64,000 bases of DNA from an uncultured delta proteobacterium (GCA_963789265.1 CAWBKB010000008.1:1-64000), one strand, 5' to 3'; shown: positions 29,188 through 40,937, counted from the stretch's first letter. A program made the numbers and translations. The notes: generated by a model from the letters alone, not told the origin.

Positions 29188-29397
29188 GAAACTGTCTCAA
29201 AATTCTTGAACTGGACGTAATCGTAACACGAAATTCCCTCACCCTGACCCTCTCCCAAAGGGCGAGGGGGCGCTAATAGAGACCTCGGATCAGCTCCCTC
29301 TCCCTCTGGGAGAGGGCTGTGGTGAGGGCACCGAAAATGCTGACCAGGCTCAGTCGTGGCACGATTCTGGGCATCAAATTAGTTTTGAGACAGTTTG
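29188..29397. mobile_element. IS1182-derived MITE inserted in a GTAG-type REP
   Basis: Left TIR GAAACTGTCTCAAAA identical to the IS at 39050; right TTTTGAGACAGTTTG; flanks TCCC / TCTC inside GTAGGACCGGCGTCCC|TGCCG. Confidence 0.85.
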
Positions 29398-29755
29398 TCT
29401 CTGCCGACTAAGCATAAAACGGGCTATTCATTTATGAAGGATTACCATTGTTCTCTGGTGGGTGGCTGTCAACTCGGAAGAAGAAAGTGGAGGCTATTCC
29501 TCTTTTGTGTGGAAAGAGTTCTACAGATAGGGCCGTGCGCGGGCTAATGAGACGAGGAAGGCGGAGGGTCCGTATACTGCGTTAACGCCCAGAATTGAGG
29601 CCGAGCAACCCGTACCCAGATACGGGACCAGGCGCTACAGTCCGAGAGACGCCTAAGAACGGTTACTTGGATCAAGCGGCGCAAGTTGCGGTCTGTCTCA
29701 AAGCTGGGAACCATACGCGAAACACTACTGTCTAAAAGGGTACGGAGGTGAAGCC

Positions 29756-29989
29756 ATGAAAACGTACCGGTTTGTTACCACGACACATCAGGACGTTGTT
29801 GCCGAAACTCTTGATAAGGCTATCGAGGCCTTCAACAGGGTGAGGCGAGCAGGGCTTTCGCCTGAAATCGACACTGTCAGCCGGATAGAGGTCAGGGACG
29901 AAAAGGGACGATGTGTCCCGGTGGACCGCGCGCTGCGGGCTAAATATCCTGTCGCGGACACCTCAGCGGAGATCCGTCTGTCAGCGTAA
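29756..29989 (+). CDS. Hypothetical protein
   Basis: Strong RBS GGAGGTG; 77 aa. Confidence 0.65.
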   Translation: MKTYRFVTTTHQDVVAETLDKAIEAFNRVRRAGLSPEIDTVSRIEVRDEKGRCVPVDRALRAKYPVADTSAEIRLSA

Positions 29990-30160
29990 ATCGTTGAAGG
30001 AGGAGTTTTGTGAGTCGGTGATCGAGGGCGTCAATCGAACAGATGATCCGATCTTCATAATAGGAGCCGAGGTAATTGCACTCTCGGCAACGGGAGGTGT
30101 TTACCCGATTCCTAACGCCGCTTTGGAGCAGTTTCTTTGTGATCAGTCACATACGTGGAG

Positions 30161-30337
30161 CAGGCTTTCCGAAATCCCCTCACCCTGTCGCTCTCCCAAA
30201 GGGCGAGGGCACTCTGATAGGTGCTTTGATGCAGCTCCCTCTCCCTCTGGGAGAGGGCTGGGGTGAGGGCACGGAAAATGCCCACCAAGCTTAATCGTGG
30301 CACGATTCCGGGTATCAAAATAATTTGGGATAGTCTC
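30161..30337. mobile_element. Degenerate copy of the IS1182-derived MITE
   Basis: Internal CCCTCACCC...CTCTCCCAAAGGGCGAGGG ... CTCCCTCTCCCTCTGGGAGAGGG and right end TTTGGGATAGTCTC, homologous to 29235-29397. Confidence 0.75.
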
Positions 30338-30540
30338 TTCAGCGCCGGGCTGCCTGCCTTTTTCATAACTTTGCTGACGGCCGGCCGGAATTGCTGCCCC
30401 ACTGTTTTCTCGCCCGAAGGCTTCACTTGTTATGTCGCTTCTCAGTGATTAAATAACAAATCAAGGATTTATATTGTCTGTGAGTTTCTGCCCGGAAGAG
30501 ACGAAGCTTTCTCAATGCGACGAGGCAGAGGAGACCGAAA

Positions 30541-30858
30541 ATGTTCAATTGTGCGTATGTAACGAAATGGATGTTGAAGGACCCGATTGAAGTGCGGACC
30601 GGGGATCCCCTGGATTTCTCCGCCGCGAAAGCCATTGCGGATCAAAGGGCCCGCGAAATGGCTATGGACCCAATGTTGTTGGCATGGTTCGACAAGAAAT
30701 CAGGAACTTTTGCTCCCGAGCAAATATGCTGTGACCGCGAAAAGCCCAGTTGGCTGGTGTACGCTGAAGAACATGGAGGCGAAATCACGGTGGACATCAA
30801 TAACCAGGAATATGTCTTCGTCTACCGGGGCGTAGAATCTGATGTTTTGACGCATTAA
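30541..30858 (+). CDS. AF1514-like (DUF5619) small protein
   Basis: 'LDFSAAKAIA...PMLLAWFD...KPSWLVYA...GG.I.VDINN.EYVFVY'. Confidence 0.7.
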   Translation: MFNCAYVTKWMLKDPIEVRTGDPLDFSAAKAIADQRAREMAMDPMLLAWFDKKSGTFAPEQICCDREKPSWLVYAEEHGGEITVDINNQEYVFVYRGVESDVLTH

Positions 30859-30919
30859 CTGCCGGCAGTGCATCTCCGCAGACGAACTCATTGAACGGTG
30901 CCCTGCTGATTACCACGTG

Positions 30920-32032
30920 CTAGCGGCAACCTTCGGACTTTTTCTCCTCTAATATCTTCAGATGCAGTTCGCGGAAGGTTGCAGCCGGCGTTTTCATGAT
31001 TATGTCGTCTCTCACGTTCAAGATCACCGCATCAACCGGGCACACCGTCGCGCATACGCCGCAACCGATACACCATTCACGATCTATCACCGGTATGTCA
31101 TCAATCATCTTTACCGCTTCAACCGGGCAGATCGTTGCACACTCTCCACATCCCGTACACTCCTCGAGATCCGTATCTCTCATGAAATACGTGGCCATGA
31201 TAGCATCACGAGGGATTTTTCTCCTTCGGATATTGCCGACGTTCCAGCAGGCGCAGCCACAACAATTACAGTTGTGCTTGATTTCTCCATCTGCATTGTC
31301 CACGAAATGAACGAGCCCAGCCTCTTCTGTGATGCGAATAACGTCGAGGGCTTCTTCCTTGGACAGTTCCCTGGCCAAACCCCGATCAACGACGAAATCA
31401 GCTAACTCATCGAACTTTATGCAGACTTCCGTTGGATGGTCACATCCTTTGCCGAGAAGACGGTACCAGATGCGGCAAGGACAATGTGCCACGGCTACAC
31501 GCCGAGCATCTGTGATGACCTGTTCCATGAGTTGGATGGGAAAGACTGCTTGCAGCCTGGGCTTTACGGCTTTTCCCACCGGAATGTAACGATACTGCTT
31601 GGTTTTACTACCGTAAGCCTCTTGCGTAACCTGTCTATTGAAATACTTTGCCACCAGAAGCGCCATCTTTCGAGCGTGCGGGGTGTCTTCTCCTTTCCAG
31701 AAGAAAGTCTGAGGGAACCCGAATCCTACATGCAGCAAGGCGTATCCGTTTTTCCCGGCAGACGTCGGGCCCGCGTACAAGAATCCTTTTCGCACAAGAC
31801 GTTCAAGAACAGGCTCCAATTCGGTCGCGGGCAGCGAAACTCGGCTCGATATCTCGTCAACACTGACAGGGGAAAACGGTATACCGCCAGTGGGAAGTGC
31901 TATAGCGATTTCTGCTTCGGATGGTTCGAGATTCTCTTTTAGGATTTCCAGCAGTGTGTCTCTGACCGGGTACCCCATGCCTACTTTGCTCAAGTGATCG
32001 GCCAGTCGTTTATAAACGTCTTGGTATTGCAT
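30920..32032 (-). CDS. 4Fe-4S dicluster protein with N-terminal HTH-like region
   Basis: CPCR, CNCCGCAC, two CxxCxxCxxxCP motifs. Confidence 0.85.
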   Translation of the reverse strand: MQYQDVYKRLADHLSKVGMGYPVRDTLLEILKENLEPSEAEIAIALPTGGIPFSPVSVDEISSRVSLPATELEPVLERLVRKGFLYAGPTSAGKNGYALLHVGFGFPQTFFWKGEDTPHARKMALLVAKYFNRQVTQEAYGSKTKQYRYIPVGKAVKPRLQAVFPIQLMEQVITDARRVAVAHCPCRIWYRLLGKGCDHPTEVCIKFDELADFVVDRGLARELSKEEALDVIRITEEAGLVHFVDNADGEIKHNCNCCGCACWNVGNIRRRKIPRDAIMATYFMRDTDLEECTGCGECATICPVEAVKMIDDIPVIDREWCIGCGVCATVCPVDAVILNVRDDIIMKTPAATFRELHLKILEEKKSEGCR

Positions 32033-32457
32033 GAGAGTTCTCCAGGGAATGTCGATTGTTCGTTGGGAAACGGGTGAGGAATAATCGTGTTCGGAGAAGT
32101 GCTAACCCACGGTCTGCGCCAATTGCCGGGTGCTCTCGACCGTGTGGCCGCCTCTTTGAGCCTGATCGTGAGAGCTGGGTGCGCAGACGGGCCGCTGCGG
32201 TCCTGCCAATGTTTTAAAGATATCACACGGACGGGCAAAGAAGAAGATCTCCGGGCTCACGGTGTAGCTTGAGATACAGTGAATGGGATCTAAGCCTGCT
32301 TTTAAGCTAAAAATTGATCGGAACTATTCACTTGCCGAATAATACGATTGCCATTGCGAGGGCGTCAGCCCGTGGCAATCTCCCAACCTGCGAGAAAAAA
32401 TTGCTTCGTCGTTTCATCCCTAAGATAGTAGTGAAAGAGCCGCCTATCGAATTCGAT

Positions 32458-32718
32458 CTAATCCAACTCTTTAATAGCCTCCTCGGCCTCGACAAACGCC
32501 CGGGTTACCTGGGTATCGGACAGAGATGTTCGTTCATAGAGCTGCATGTGGGTTATCAGATCCGAATCCAACAACTTTCTCAGGACCATTTCAAGTTGTT
32601 TTCGTGATAGATTGTACTTCTCCATCAAAAGGGAGTCTCCCAGACCTCTTCTGACATCACGTACCACAGCTTTTGCCTTCAGTTTCCGCATTCGATTCCA
32701 AACCTTATCTGATTTCAC
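32458..32718 (-). CDS. Small hypothetical protein
   Basis: 'KLKAKAVVRDVRRGLGDSLLMEKYNLSRKQL' resembles an HTH-like module I recall as expanded in Desulfomonile. Confidence 0.65.
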   Translation of the reverse strand: MKSDKVWNRMRKLKAKAVVRDVRRGLGDSLLMEKYNLSRKQLEMVLRKLLDSDLITHMQLYERTSLSDTQVTRAFVEAEEAIKELD

Positions 32719-32850
32719 AGGATTTCACAGGCTTTACACGTTCTCACCGACCGCGTCCTGTTTGCCCCCTCTTCATCTCCTCCATCTATTCTGATATTTT
32801 CTTCTTGCAGGTCAACTATTCTGAAGTGGAATATGCGGGAGGAATGAAAT

Positions 32851-33993
32851 ATGCGTGCATTGGTGCTGGGTGGAGCCGGTGGTATGGGGCAGGGCGTTGC
32901 CCGAGACCTTATAAAACAACAGCGGGTCACAAATGTAGTCCTGGGTGATCTATACCCGGACCCGGAAAGATTGGCGCCAAAATTACGCGACAATGAAAAA
33001 GTAAACTTGATCGAGATGAACGTAAATAACCATGACGGCATGGTAAATGCTTTCAAGGACGTTGATCTTGTGATTAACTGTGCCGGTCCGTTTTATAAGA
33101 CTGCCGTCCCTGTGGCAAGAGCGGCTGTCAAGGCAAAGGTAAACTATATTGATATCTGTGATGACTATGAGGGAACCGAGATTCTTTTTAGCTCCGAGAT
33201 AGACAATATGGCCAGAGAAGCCGGGATAACGGTTCTTACCGGCATGGGCTCCGATCCCGGCACTAACAATGTTCTGGTCAAATGGTATGCAGACCGTCTG
33301 GACAGTGTTCACGACATTTACCTCTATTGGGTCGTCAGCATCGCGGAACTTGCCGGAGCCGCATGGGACCACAGTCTTCACATGACGCTCGGGAAGATCC
33401 CGCAATATCTGAATGGAGAACTGGTCCTGGTGGAAGGCGGAACCGAAGTGGTGGCGGAAGAGTTTCTGGAACCGCTCGGCACCTGCCATGTCCGCTACGT
33501 GGGCCATCCGCAGCCTTTGACTATCCCCAAGTATATCAAGGGAGTCAAGAACGTGATAATCAAAGGTGCGCTCATACCGCTATGGGTAGACGAACTGATA
33601 AAAGAACAAAAACATACGGGCTTTCTGGGCCGAGACCCCATTGATATAAACGGAACCAAAGTAATACCTTATGACCTTGCGCTTAAGCTTTGGGAGACGA
33701 TTCCGGAAGGAAGAGATAAAGGTCCCCAGGCTTCGGGTCTCAAAGTCATTGTCAAAGGGGAAAGAGCCGGAACCAAGGTGACTTACACGGCCGATATGGT
33801 CGGGAGGATGGCCCCAGGGACAGGACTTCCCGCATCCATCGCAGCGCTCATGATGGATGCAGGGGATGTGACCGAAAAAGGTGTGGTTGCCCCCGAAGGC
33901 TGCATTGATCCGGGCAAATTCCTTGCAGCATTCTTGAAGAGAGGTGCGAGAATCCATCAGACTGAAAAGATTTCGTCCATGCTTGAGGTTTGA
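32851..33993 (+). CDS. Saccharopine dehydrogenase-like NAD(P)-dependent oxidoreductase
   Basis: GGAGGMG, INCAGPFY, YIDICDD, GMGSDPG, GHPQPLTIP, GVVAPE. Confidence 0.85.
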   Translation: MRALVLGGAGGMGQGVARDLIKQQRVTNVVLGDLYPDPERLAPKLRDNEKVNLIEMNVNNHDGMVNAFKDVDLVINCAGPFYKTAVPVARAAVKAKVNYIDICDDYEGTEILFSSEIDNMAREAGITVLTGMGSDPGTNNVLVKWYADRLDSVHDIYLYWVVSIAELAGAAWDHSLHMTLGKIPQYLNGELVLVEGGTEVVAEEFLEPLGTCHVRYVGHPQPLTIPKYIKGVKNVIIKGALIPLWVDELIKEQKHTGFLGRDPIDINGTKVIPYDLALKLWETIPEGRDKGPQASGLKVIVKGERAGTKVTYTADMVGRMAPGTGLPASIAALMMDAGDVTEKGVVAPEGCIDPGKFLAAFLKRGARIHQTEKISSMLEV

Positions 33994-34248
33994 CGCAATA
34001 ATTCACCACGGAGACCGCAGAGAATTTTGTTTGTTGTGCGCCGGCTTTGTAAGATGTGGTGCCCCTGCGAGACGCTGGCGAACTGCATCGGTCGCGAGAA
34101 AACGGAAGGATCAAGAGGTTATAGATGCGGTGAACCCCGTATGGCGGTGTTCCTACGCAAGTTGTAGGGGGGGGCAAACTCGCCCCTACCATATCTCTTA
34201 ACAAGCTACCATCTTGGTAATTGTCATAGCACATCAGAGGAGACCTCC

Positions 34249-35499
34249 ATGAAAGAGATACCAAAACTGAACATCACCAAGAGCCGGGAACTGTTTGAAC
34301 AGGCAGTCGGCCTGATACCGGGAGGCGTTCTGGGTGCCAGAAAGCCGACCGATTTTATCGACGGAGAGTATCCAATCTTTCTTGAAAGCGGCAAAGGCTG
34401 TCGCCTGGTCGATGTTGACGGGAATAAATTTATTGATTTTATGTGCGGTTACGGCCCCATCGTCCTGGGCTACCGTGAAGAAGAAGTGGATGAAGCGGTC
34501 TACAAACAGATAAAGGAAAAAGGATTCTGTTTCACTCTGACACAGAAATACCAGAATCAGTTGGCTAAAAAGCTGACAGAACTTGTGCCGTGTTCAGAGA
34601 TGAGCATCTTTCTGAAAACCGGCTCTGGTGCAACTACTGCAAGCATTAGGATTGCAAGAGCCTATACGAATAAGCTCAAGGTGATGCGCTGCGGCTATCA
34701 TGGCTGGCATGACTGGTGTGTTGAAATGAAAGGCGGCATTCCACCTAAATTCTATGAAGATGTCTTTGAATTTCAATATAATAACCTTAACCAATTGCAA
34801 GCCCTGATGACCGCCCACGGCAAGGATACCGCGGCCATTATCATGACGCCGTTCGGCCATCCCAATCATCAGAAGATGCAGGTGCCCGCGCCGGGGTTTC
34901 TCGAAGGAGTGAGGGAAATTGCCGACACATACGGCGCTGTGTTGATCTATGACGAAATCCGTACTTGCTTCAGGCTTTCCATGGGCGGCGCCCAGAAACT
35001 CTACGGCGTGACCCCGGACCTGAGTGTTCTTGGAAAAGCAATGGCCAACGGCTATCCCATCTCTGTTGTGACCGGGAAAAAGGACGTCATGATGGCGGCC
35101 GCGGACAAGCTTTTCATTTCCTCGACGTTCTTCGGAAACAGCGAAGGCTTTATTGCCGCGCTCAAGACTATAGAAATCCTTGAGCGTGACAACGTGCTCG
35201 ATAATATATGGGAAAAAGGAGAACGATTTCTTAAAAAGATCCAGGCATTAATTGACAAACATGATGTGGGAGCCGAACTGACCGGCGTGGCCCCGATGTT
35301 CTACATCACCTTCAAAGGGGATGAAACAGGCGCGCACAAACGCAAACGCAAGGATTTCTATACACAGCTCATTCGGAGAGGATTCTTTTTCTCACCTTAC
35401 CATCATGCCTATATAAGTTTTCGGCATACTGAAGAAGACTTGGAACTCACCTTGAATGCAATTGATGAATGCCTGGCCTTTATAAAGGAAAAATATTGA
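34249..35499 (+). CDS. Class III PLP aminotransferase, resembling 3-aminobutyryl-CoA aminotransferase (Kat)
   Basis: DVDGN, GYHGWHDWCVEMKGGIP, YDEIRT, GKAMANG, PYHHAYI; the match to Kat is from recollection. Confidence 0.75.
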   Translation: MKEIPKLNITKSRELFEQAVGLIPGGVLGARKPTDFIDGEYPIFLESGKGCRLVDVDGNKFIDFMCGYGPIVLGYREEEVDEAVYKQIKEKGFCFTLTQKYQNQLAKKLTELVPCSEMSIFLKTGSGATTASIRIARAYTNKLKVMRCGYHGWHDWCVEMKGGIPPKFYEDVFEFQYNNLNQLQALMTAHGKDTAAIIMTPFGHPNHQKMQVPAPGFLEGVREIADTYGAVLIYDEIRTCFRLSMGGAQKLYGVTPDLSVLGKAMANGYPISVVTGKKDVMMAAADKLFISSTFFGNSEGFIAALKTIEILERDNVLDNIWEKGERFLKKIQALIDKHDVGAELTGVAPMFYITFKGDETGAHKRKRKDFYTQLIRRGFFFSPYHHAYISFRHTEEDLELTLNAIDECLAFIKEKY

Positions 35500-35516
35500 T
35501 AACGGGGTAATTTCAT

Positions 35517-35710
35517 TAGTAGGACCGGCATCTTGCCGGTCGCTATTATCCCCGTATTCCCTTTTCGGCCTGTAGGGGCGAATGGCATTCGCCCGGGGCG
35601 ACCGCCGGTCGCCCCTACAGTATTGTAGGATGTGGCGAGCGCAGCGAACCGTATCAGTCGCGAAAAAACCGAACGACCGAGACGCGGGAGATGCGGTTCA
35701 TCCTACGCAA
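35517..35710. repeat. Cluster of GTAG-type REP-like hairpins
   Basis: GTAGGACCGGCATCTTGCCGGTC; GTAGGGGCGAATGGCATTCGCCC..GGGCGACCGCCGGTCGCCCCTAC. Confidence 0.7.
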
Positions 35711-35910
35711 ACTATTCGGTAGGGCCGGCGTTCGGAAGAGGCTAGACTCGGAAGCACAATCTGTCACGACTCCGTGCGGGAACGCTTATACTTTCCCGAT
35801 TTTTGTCTTGCGGAAAGTCTTCAAACGTAATAACTTTAGCAAAGAACGTTACAATTACCGGCCGACACGCATCACACAACCAACGAGATTCGTATTTGTA
35901 GGGAAACGCC

Positions 35911-38890
35911 ATGGCAAAAAGAAAAGGCGTGGGGGACCAACGGGCTCAGATGGACAAGTCGTCGGATAGGTCGGCCAAAATCAAACCTGCAAACCATAAG
36001 GTCCTTGCGCAATCGCAGGCCCATCAAGGGGATGGCGAAACACTTCGGGTGGTCGGCATCGGCGCGTCGGCAGGCGGCTTGGAAGCGTTCGAGCAGTTCT
36101 TCACCCATCTTCCACCCGATACCGGTCTGGCCTTTGTGCTCATCCAACACCTTGACCCCACTCATAAGAGCATCCTCACCGACCTTATCAAGAAATATAC
36201 GCAGATGGGGGTGACGGAAGTCAGAGATGGCATGCTGATTGAGGCCAATAACGTGTACGTCATCCCGCCCAACAAAGATATGGCCATCTTGAACGGCACG
36301 CTTTACCTCATGGAACCTTCTTCCCCACGCGGCCTGCGTCAGCCCATAGACTTTTTCTTTCGTTCCCTGGCCGATGACCTCAAAGAGCGGGCGATCGCAA
36401 TCGTGCTCTCCGGCACGGGAAGCGAGGGAACCCTCGGCTTACGAGCTATCAAGGGTGAAGGCGGGATGGTCATGGTACAGGACCCTGAAACGGCTAAATA
36501 TGATGGGATGCCCAAAAACGCGATTGCCACGGGATTGGTGGACTATATCCTCGCGCCTAACCAAATGCCCGATCGCTTGCTCGCGTACGTGACGCACGCT
36601 CCCGCATACAAACTTCCGGAGAGCGTTGAGAAACCAGCAGAAGAGGGCAATATTGTTCAGAAGATTTTGATCGCGGTTCGGTCGAGGACCCATCACGATT
36701 TCACGCACTATAAGAAAAGCACCATTATTCGGCGCATCGAAAGACGTATGGCCGTGCACCAGCTTGCAAGGAAGCAGGATTACTTGCGCTTTCTTCAAGA
36801 CGATCCCTTGGAGGTCAAGACTCTTTTCAAAGAACTCCTCATCGGTGTGACCAATTTCTTTCGAGAGCCTGATGCCTTCGAGGCATTGCAGAAAAAGGTC
36901 CTCCCTAAAATACTGAACGGGGACAGAAACGTCCGAATATGGGTCCCCGCGTGCTCCACAGGCGAGGAAGCCTATTCAATCGCAATGCTTGCTCAGGAAT
37001 ACGCTACAGAAGCAAAGATCGACACTCGCTTCCAGATATTCGGCACGGACATAGACGAAGAAGGTATAGAGAAAGCTCGCGTCGGTGTGTACCCGCTGAG
37101 CATCGCTGCCGATGTCAGCCCGCAACGCCTCGAAAAGTTCTTTGCCAAAGAAGAGAACCGATTCCGCGTGAAGAAAGAGCTTCGGGAACTGATCGTATTC
37201 GCGGTCCAGAAACGTTATTTCAGATCCGCCCTTTTCAAAACTGGACCTCATAAGCTGCCGAAATTTGCTTATTTACATGAATACCGATTTGCAGAAAAGG
37301 TTGATTCACCTCTTTCATTATGCTCTGAATCCCGGCGGCTTCCTTTTCCTTGGCACTTCCGAGTCGGTTGGATCTTATTCTGATATGTACGCTACGACAG
37401 ATCGAAAATGGAAGCTGTATCGGCGCAGGGAAACGAGCATTCTAGCGACACATCCCGATCTGGAGTTTCAGGTGGCCCCGGAATTGCACGGGACCAAAGC
37501 CGAATTGAAAATGACCAAATACAGCTTCCGTGAGATTGCGGAAAAAGCTTTGCTGGACAACTACCGTGCCGCCGGTGTGGTTATAGACGAAAAACATGAG
37601 GTCATATATTTTTACGGTTACACTGGGAAATATCTCTCGCCGCCCTCGGGGGAAGCAAGTTTCAACCTTCTGAGGATGGCTCGGGAAGACCTAAAATTCG
37701 AATTGGCCAATTCCGTGCGCAGGGCCCAGGCCGAAAACAAAACAGTGATGCGTCCTGCTTTGCGCTTGAAAACTAATGGGGGCTATACGTCAGTAAATCT
37801 CACCGTCAGTCCCGTGCCGGCGCCTTCCAACAGGCATCTGCTCCTTGTGCTGTTCGAAGAGCCCGCCTATCCGAGAGGTGGAAGACAACCAGAAGTATTG
37901 ATCGAGCCTCAGGATGAAACGGGGGTCCAGGCAAGAGTCCGTGAATTGGAGCAGGAACTGGCGTCCACGAAGGAATATCTGCAGACTACCATTGAAGAAT
38001 TGGAGACTTCCAACGAAGAATTGAAATCAACCAATGAGGAATTGCAATCATCCAATGAGGAGCTGCAGAGCACAAACGAGGAATTGGAGACCGCCAAAGA
38101 AGAGCAGCAATCCGTTAATGAAGAGTTGGTGACGGTAAATTCCGAATTGCAGCAAAAGATAGAGGAGTTGTCCAGAGTAAATGACGATATGAACAACTTG
38201 CTCGCCAGCACCCAGGTTGGAACCATATTCTTGGATACCGACATGAATATCCTGCGTTTCACACCCACGGTCACGGAAATTGTCAACCTGATTCAAGGTG
38301 ATGTGGGACGGCCGCTGTCCCACATTGTTTCGAACCTCAATTACGATCGGCTTGTTGAGGACACGCAGGAAGTTCTGGAGGACTTGATTCCGCGCACCGT
38401 GGAAGTCCGGACGAAAGACGGGCGCTGGTTCTTGATGCGAATACAGCCGTACCGGACCATGGAAAATATTATTGATGGGGTGGTTCTGACATTCGTGGAC
38501 ATAAGCTTGCAGAAACGGCAATTAGCCGAATACGCACTCAGTGAAAATATAATTAACACGACTCATGAGGCCTTTCTGCTCTTGGACGCCAACTTGAACG
38601 TCGTCATGGCGAATTCCGCCTTCTTCAAGAAATTTGCGGTGGTCAAGGAGGAAACCGTAGGAAGACGGTTCTACGATCTGGGTAATCGACAGTGGGATAT
38701 CCCGGAATTGCGAACGCTTCTCGAGCAAGTCATTCCGGAACAAAAAGAAGTTCAGGGATTCGAAGTGGACCATACATTTGAAACCATAGGCAGGCGCAAG
38801 ATGATTCTAAACGCGAAGTTGCTCGCGGATGATGGTGCCAATCCGGGACTTATACTTTTGGCTATCGGGGATCTGAGCGAACGACGCTGA
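35911..38890 (+). CDS. CheB-CheR fusion with coiled coil and PAS domains (+1 frameshift at AAA 37210-37212)
   Basis: CheB GIGASAGG / LSGTG.EG; CheR VTNFFRE, WVPACSTGEEAYS, DPPFSKLDLISCRNLLIY across the shift; EELQSTNEEL repeats; PAS. Confidence 0.9.
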
Positions 38891-39049
38891 TGGCTGGACA
38901 GGGGATATCAAAGTCCCCCTTTTGTAAAGGGGGATTTAAGGGGATTTTCAATTAGTTATCCCAAAATCCCTCTGCCGCCATAGGCGTTAAAATGGGGTCC
39001 AAGTCCTCTTCGTCCCGGAGGGACATCGTGATAATAGCCCGGCGATTTA

Positions 39050-40725
39050 GAAACTGTCTCAAAAGTCGATTTTGGGCTCGCGATTCTCAACCGATTCTAC
39101 TAATGAGATGTGAAAAGAGAATCGGAGAGGGAAAGGATTATGCCGCAAATCAGAGCCGACTACAAGCAGGTGTTTCTGCTTCCGCCCGCTATAGATGACT
39201 GGATAGGGCCTGATCATCCAGCGCGCTTCATAGGAGACTTTGTGGATTCCTTGGATTTGGAGGTGCTGGGTTTTCGAGTTCCGAATGGCGAAACGGGCCG
39301 TCCTCCCTATAGTACCGATCTTTTGTTGAAGGCATGGCTCTACGGCTATTTCAGCAGAATCAGGTCATCGCGCAAGCTTGAGAAGGCATGCATGGAGAAC
39401 ATGGGATTGATTTGGCTGACGGGTATGAATGCAGCGGATCATAATACCCTGTGGCGATTCTGGAGGGACAACAAGAAGGTTTTCAAGGGAATATTCAAAC
39501 AATCGGTTCAAGTGGCAGTCAAAGCCGAGTTGATAGGTATGGCGGTTCATGCATTGGATGGAACCAAGATCCCTGTCGGATCATCTCGGGAGAAGTTCAA
39601 GAACCAAGATCAGTTGGAGCGGATGCTTGAGAATTTGGACAAGTGCGTTGCCGACGTCATGACGGAGACAGAGAGGTGCGAGCAAGAGGAGGGTGGCGAA
39701 TGGCGTCTTCCCGAAGCCCTGCAGGACGAGTTGAAACGCAAGGAGCGGATACAGAAGGCCTTGCAGGAATTGGATAAGACTGACAAGAAGGTCGTCCATC
39801 CCTGCGAGCCGGATGCCCGGTACATGAAGAACCGGCGGTCTACTGAGCCCTCTTACAATGCTCAAGCGGTGGCAGACCAACAAAGCGGCATGATTGTGGC
39901 TGAGGAAGTGGTCGACGAAGGCAATGACAATGGGCAGCTTGTTCCCATGCTGGATCGAGTTCAGGAAAATTTGGGCGCAACCGCAGAGGAAACCGTGGCG
40001 GACGCAGGATACTTCGCATCGGCTCAAATCGCGTTGGCCGAAGAGAAGGAGTACGAGGTCTTGGTCGCCAAGTCGTCGGGAGAGTCCGCTGCGGAAAAAG
40101 GCGCTCAATGGGACCCTTATCACGCTTCCCAGTTCGTCTACGACCAAGAGCGAGACGTCTGTATTTGTCCGCAAGGCGCATCGCTGAACTTTCTTCAGAA
40201 GAAAGTCACAGGAAAAAACGGAAACGAGATCCGGCGGTATCGATGCCGGGACTACTTGACGTGTCCTGAACGGTGGAAGTGCAGCAAGAGCAAGAATGGC
40301 CGTCTCATAGACATTAACATCTATCGTGACGCAGTTGAGCGCCACCGCAAGAAACGGGAGGTCCCGGAAAGCAAGACGCTACTCCGAGCCCGCAAGGTGA
40401 TCATTGAGCCGGTCTTTGCATGGATAAAGAGCCACTTGGACTTTAGACGGTGGACCGTGTCCGGATTATCCAATGCGAGGGCTCAATGGTCTTTGATGTG
40501 CGCCACCTTGAATCTCAAGAAGCTCTACAGCCATTGGCTGACGGGGCGTCTGGTGCTAACCGCGGCCTAAGACATCAGGACGGAGAGTGACTCATGGCTG
40601 CCTGAGGCATACTCATAGCCGGCCCCGGCTCGTCGGAGACAAGGGAGGCCAAGGTGCGAGATTAACCGCACCCTACCACCCCGAGAGTCGTCATCGTGCC
40701 ACTACAACCGTTTTGAGACACTCTC
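39050..40725 (+). mobile_element. IS1182-family insertion sequence
   Basis: TIRs GAAACTGTCTCAAAA / TTTTGAGACACTCTC; 4-bp TSD TTTA; single transposase. Confidence 0.92.
39140..40570 (+). CDS. IS1182-family DDE transposase
   Basis: GRPPY, SSRKLE, LDGTKI, YNAQ, ADAGY, CPQG, IEPVFAWIK. Confidence 0.93.
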   Translation: MPQIRADYKQVFLLPPAIDDWIGPDHPARFIGDFVDSLDLEVLGFRVPNGETGRPPYSTDLLLKAWLYGYFSRIRSSRKLEKACMENMGLIWLTGMNAADHNTLWRFWRDNKKVFKGIFKQSVQVAVKAELIGMAVHALDGTKIPVGSSREKFKNQDQLERMLENLDKCVADVMTETERCEQEEGGEWRLPEALQDELKRKERIQKALQELDKTDKKVVHPCEPDARYMKNRRSTEPSYNAQAVADQQSGMIVAEEVVDEGNDNGQLVPMLDRVQENLGATAEETVADAGYFASAQIALAEEKEYEVLVAKSSGESAAEKGAQWDPYHASQFVYDQERDVCICPQGASLNFLQKKVTGKNGNEIRRYRCRDYLTCPERWKCSKSKNGRLIDINIYRDAVERHRKKREVPESKTLLRARKVIIEPVFAWIKSHLDFRRWTVSGLSNARAQWSLMCATLNLKKLYSHWLTGRLVLTAA

Positions 40726-40937
40726 TTTATCGCCGGGAATGAACGGCCAGGAGATCCTTCTTCGTCCCCGAAGGGCGCTCGAAGGATGAATCCTTCGAGC
40801 GCCCTTCGGGGACGAAGAACTGAATCATTGCTCATGGGTCACCCGGCAATGAATTGCCGGGCTATTATCTCGCCGCCCCTCTGGGGCTCATAAGGTTGCA
40901 CGGGTTGCCCTATTTTAACGCATATGCGGGAATCAAT

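Larger units (their letters stand above)
38975..40930. mobile_element. MITE-like element hosting the IS1182 insertion
   Basis: Inverted ends CATAGGCGTTAAAATGGGG / CCCTATTTTAACGCATATG around hairpin cargo. Confidence 0.6.

Noticed and set aside
34249..35499. hemL (glutamate-1-semialdehyde aminomutase)
   Set aside because: It lacks the HemL GGVNSPVR and GCYHGH motifs.
37990..38130. Tandem repeat EELQSTNEEL
   Set aside because: It is the normal heptad coiled coil of CheB-CheR fusions.
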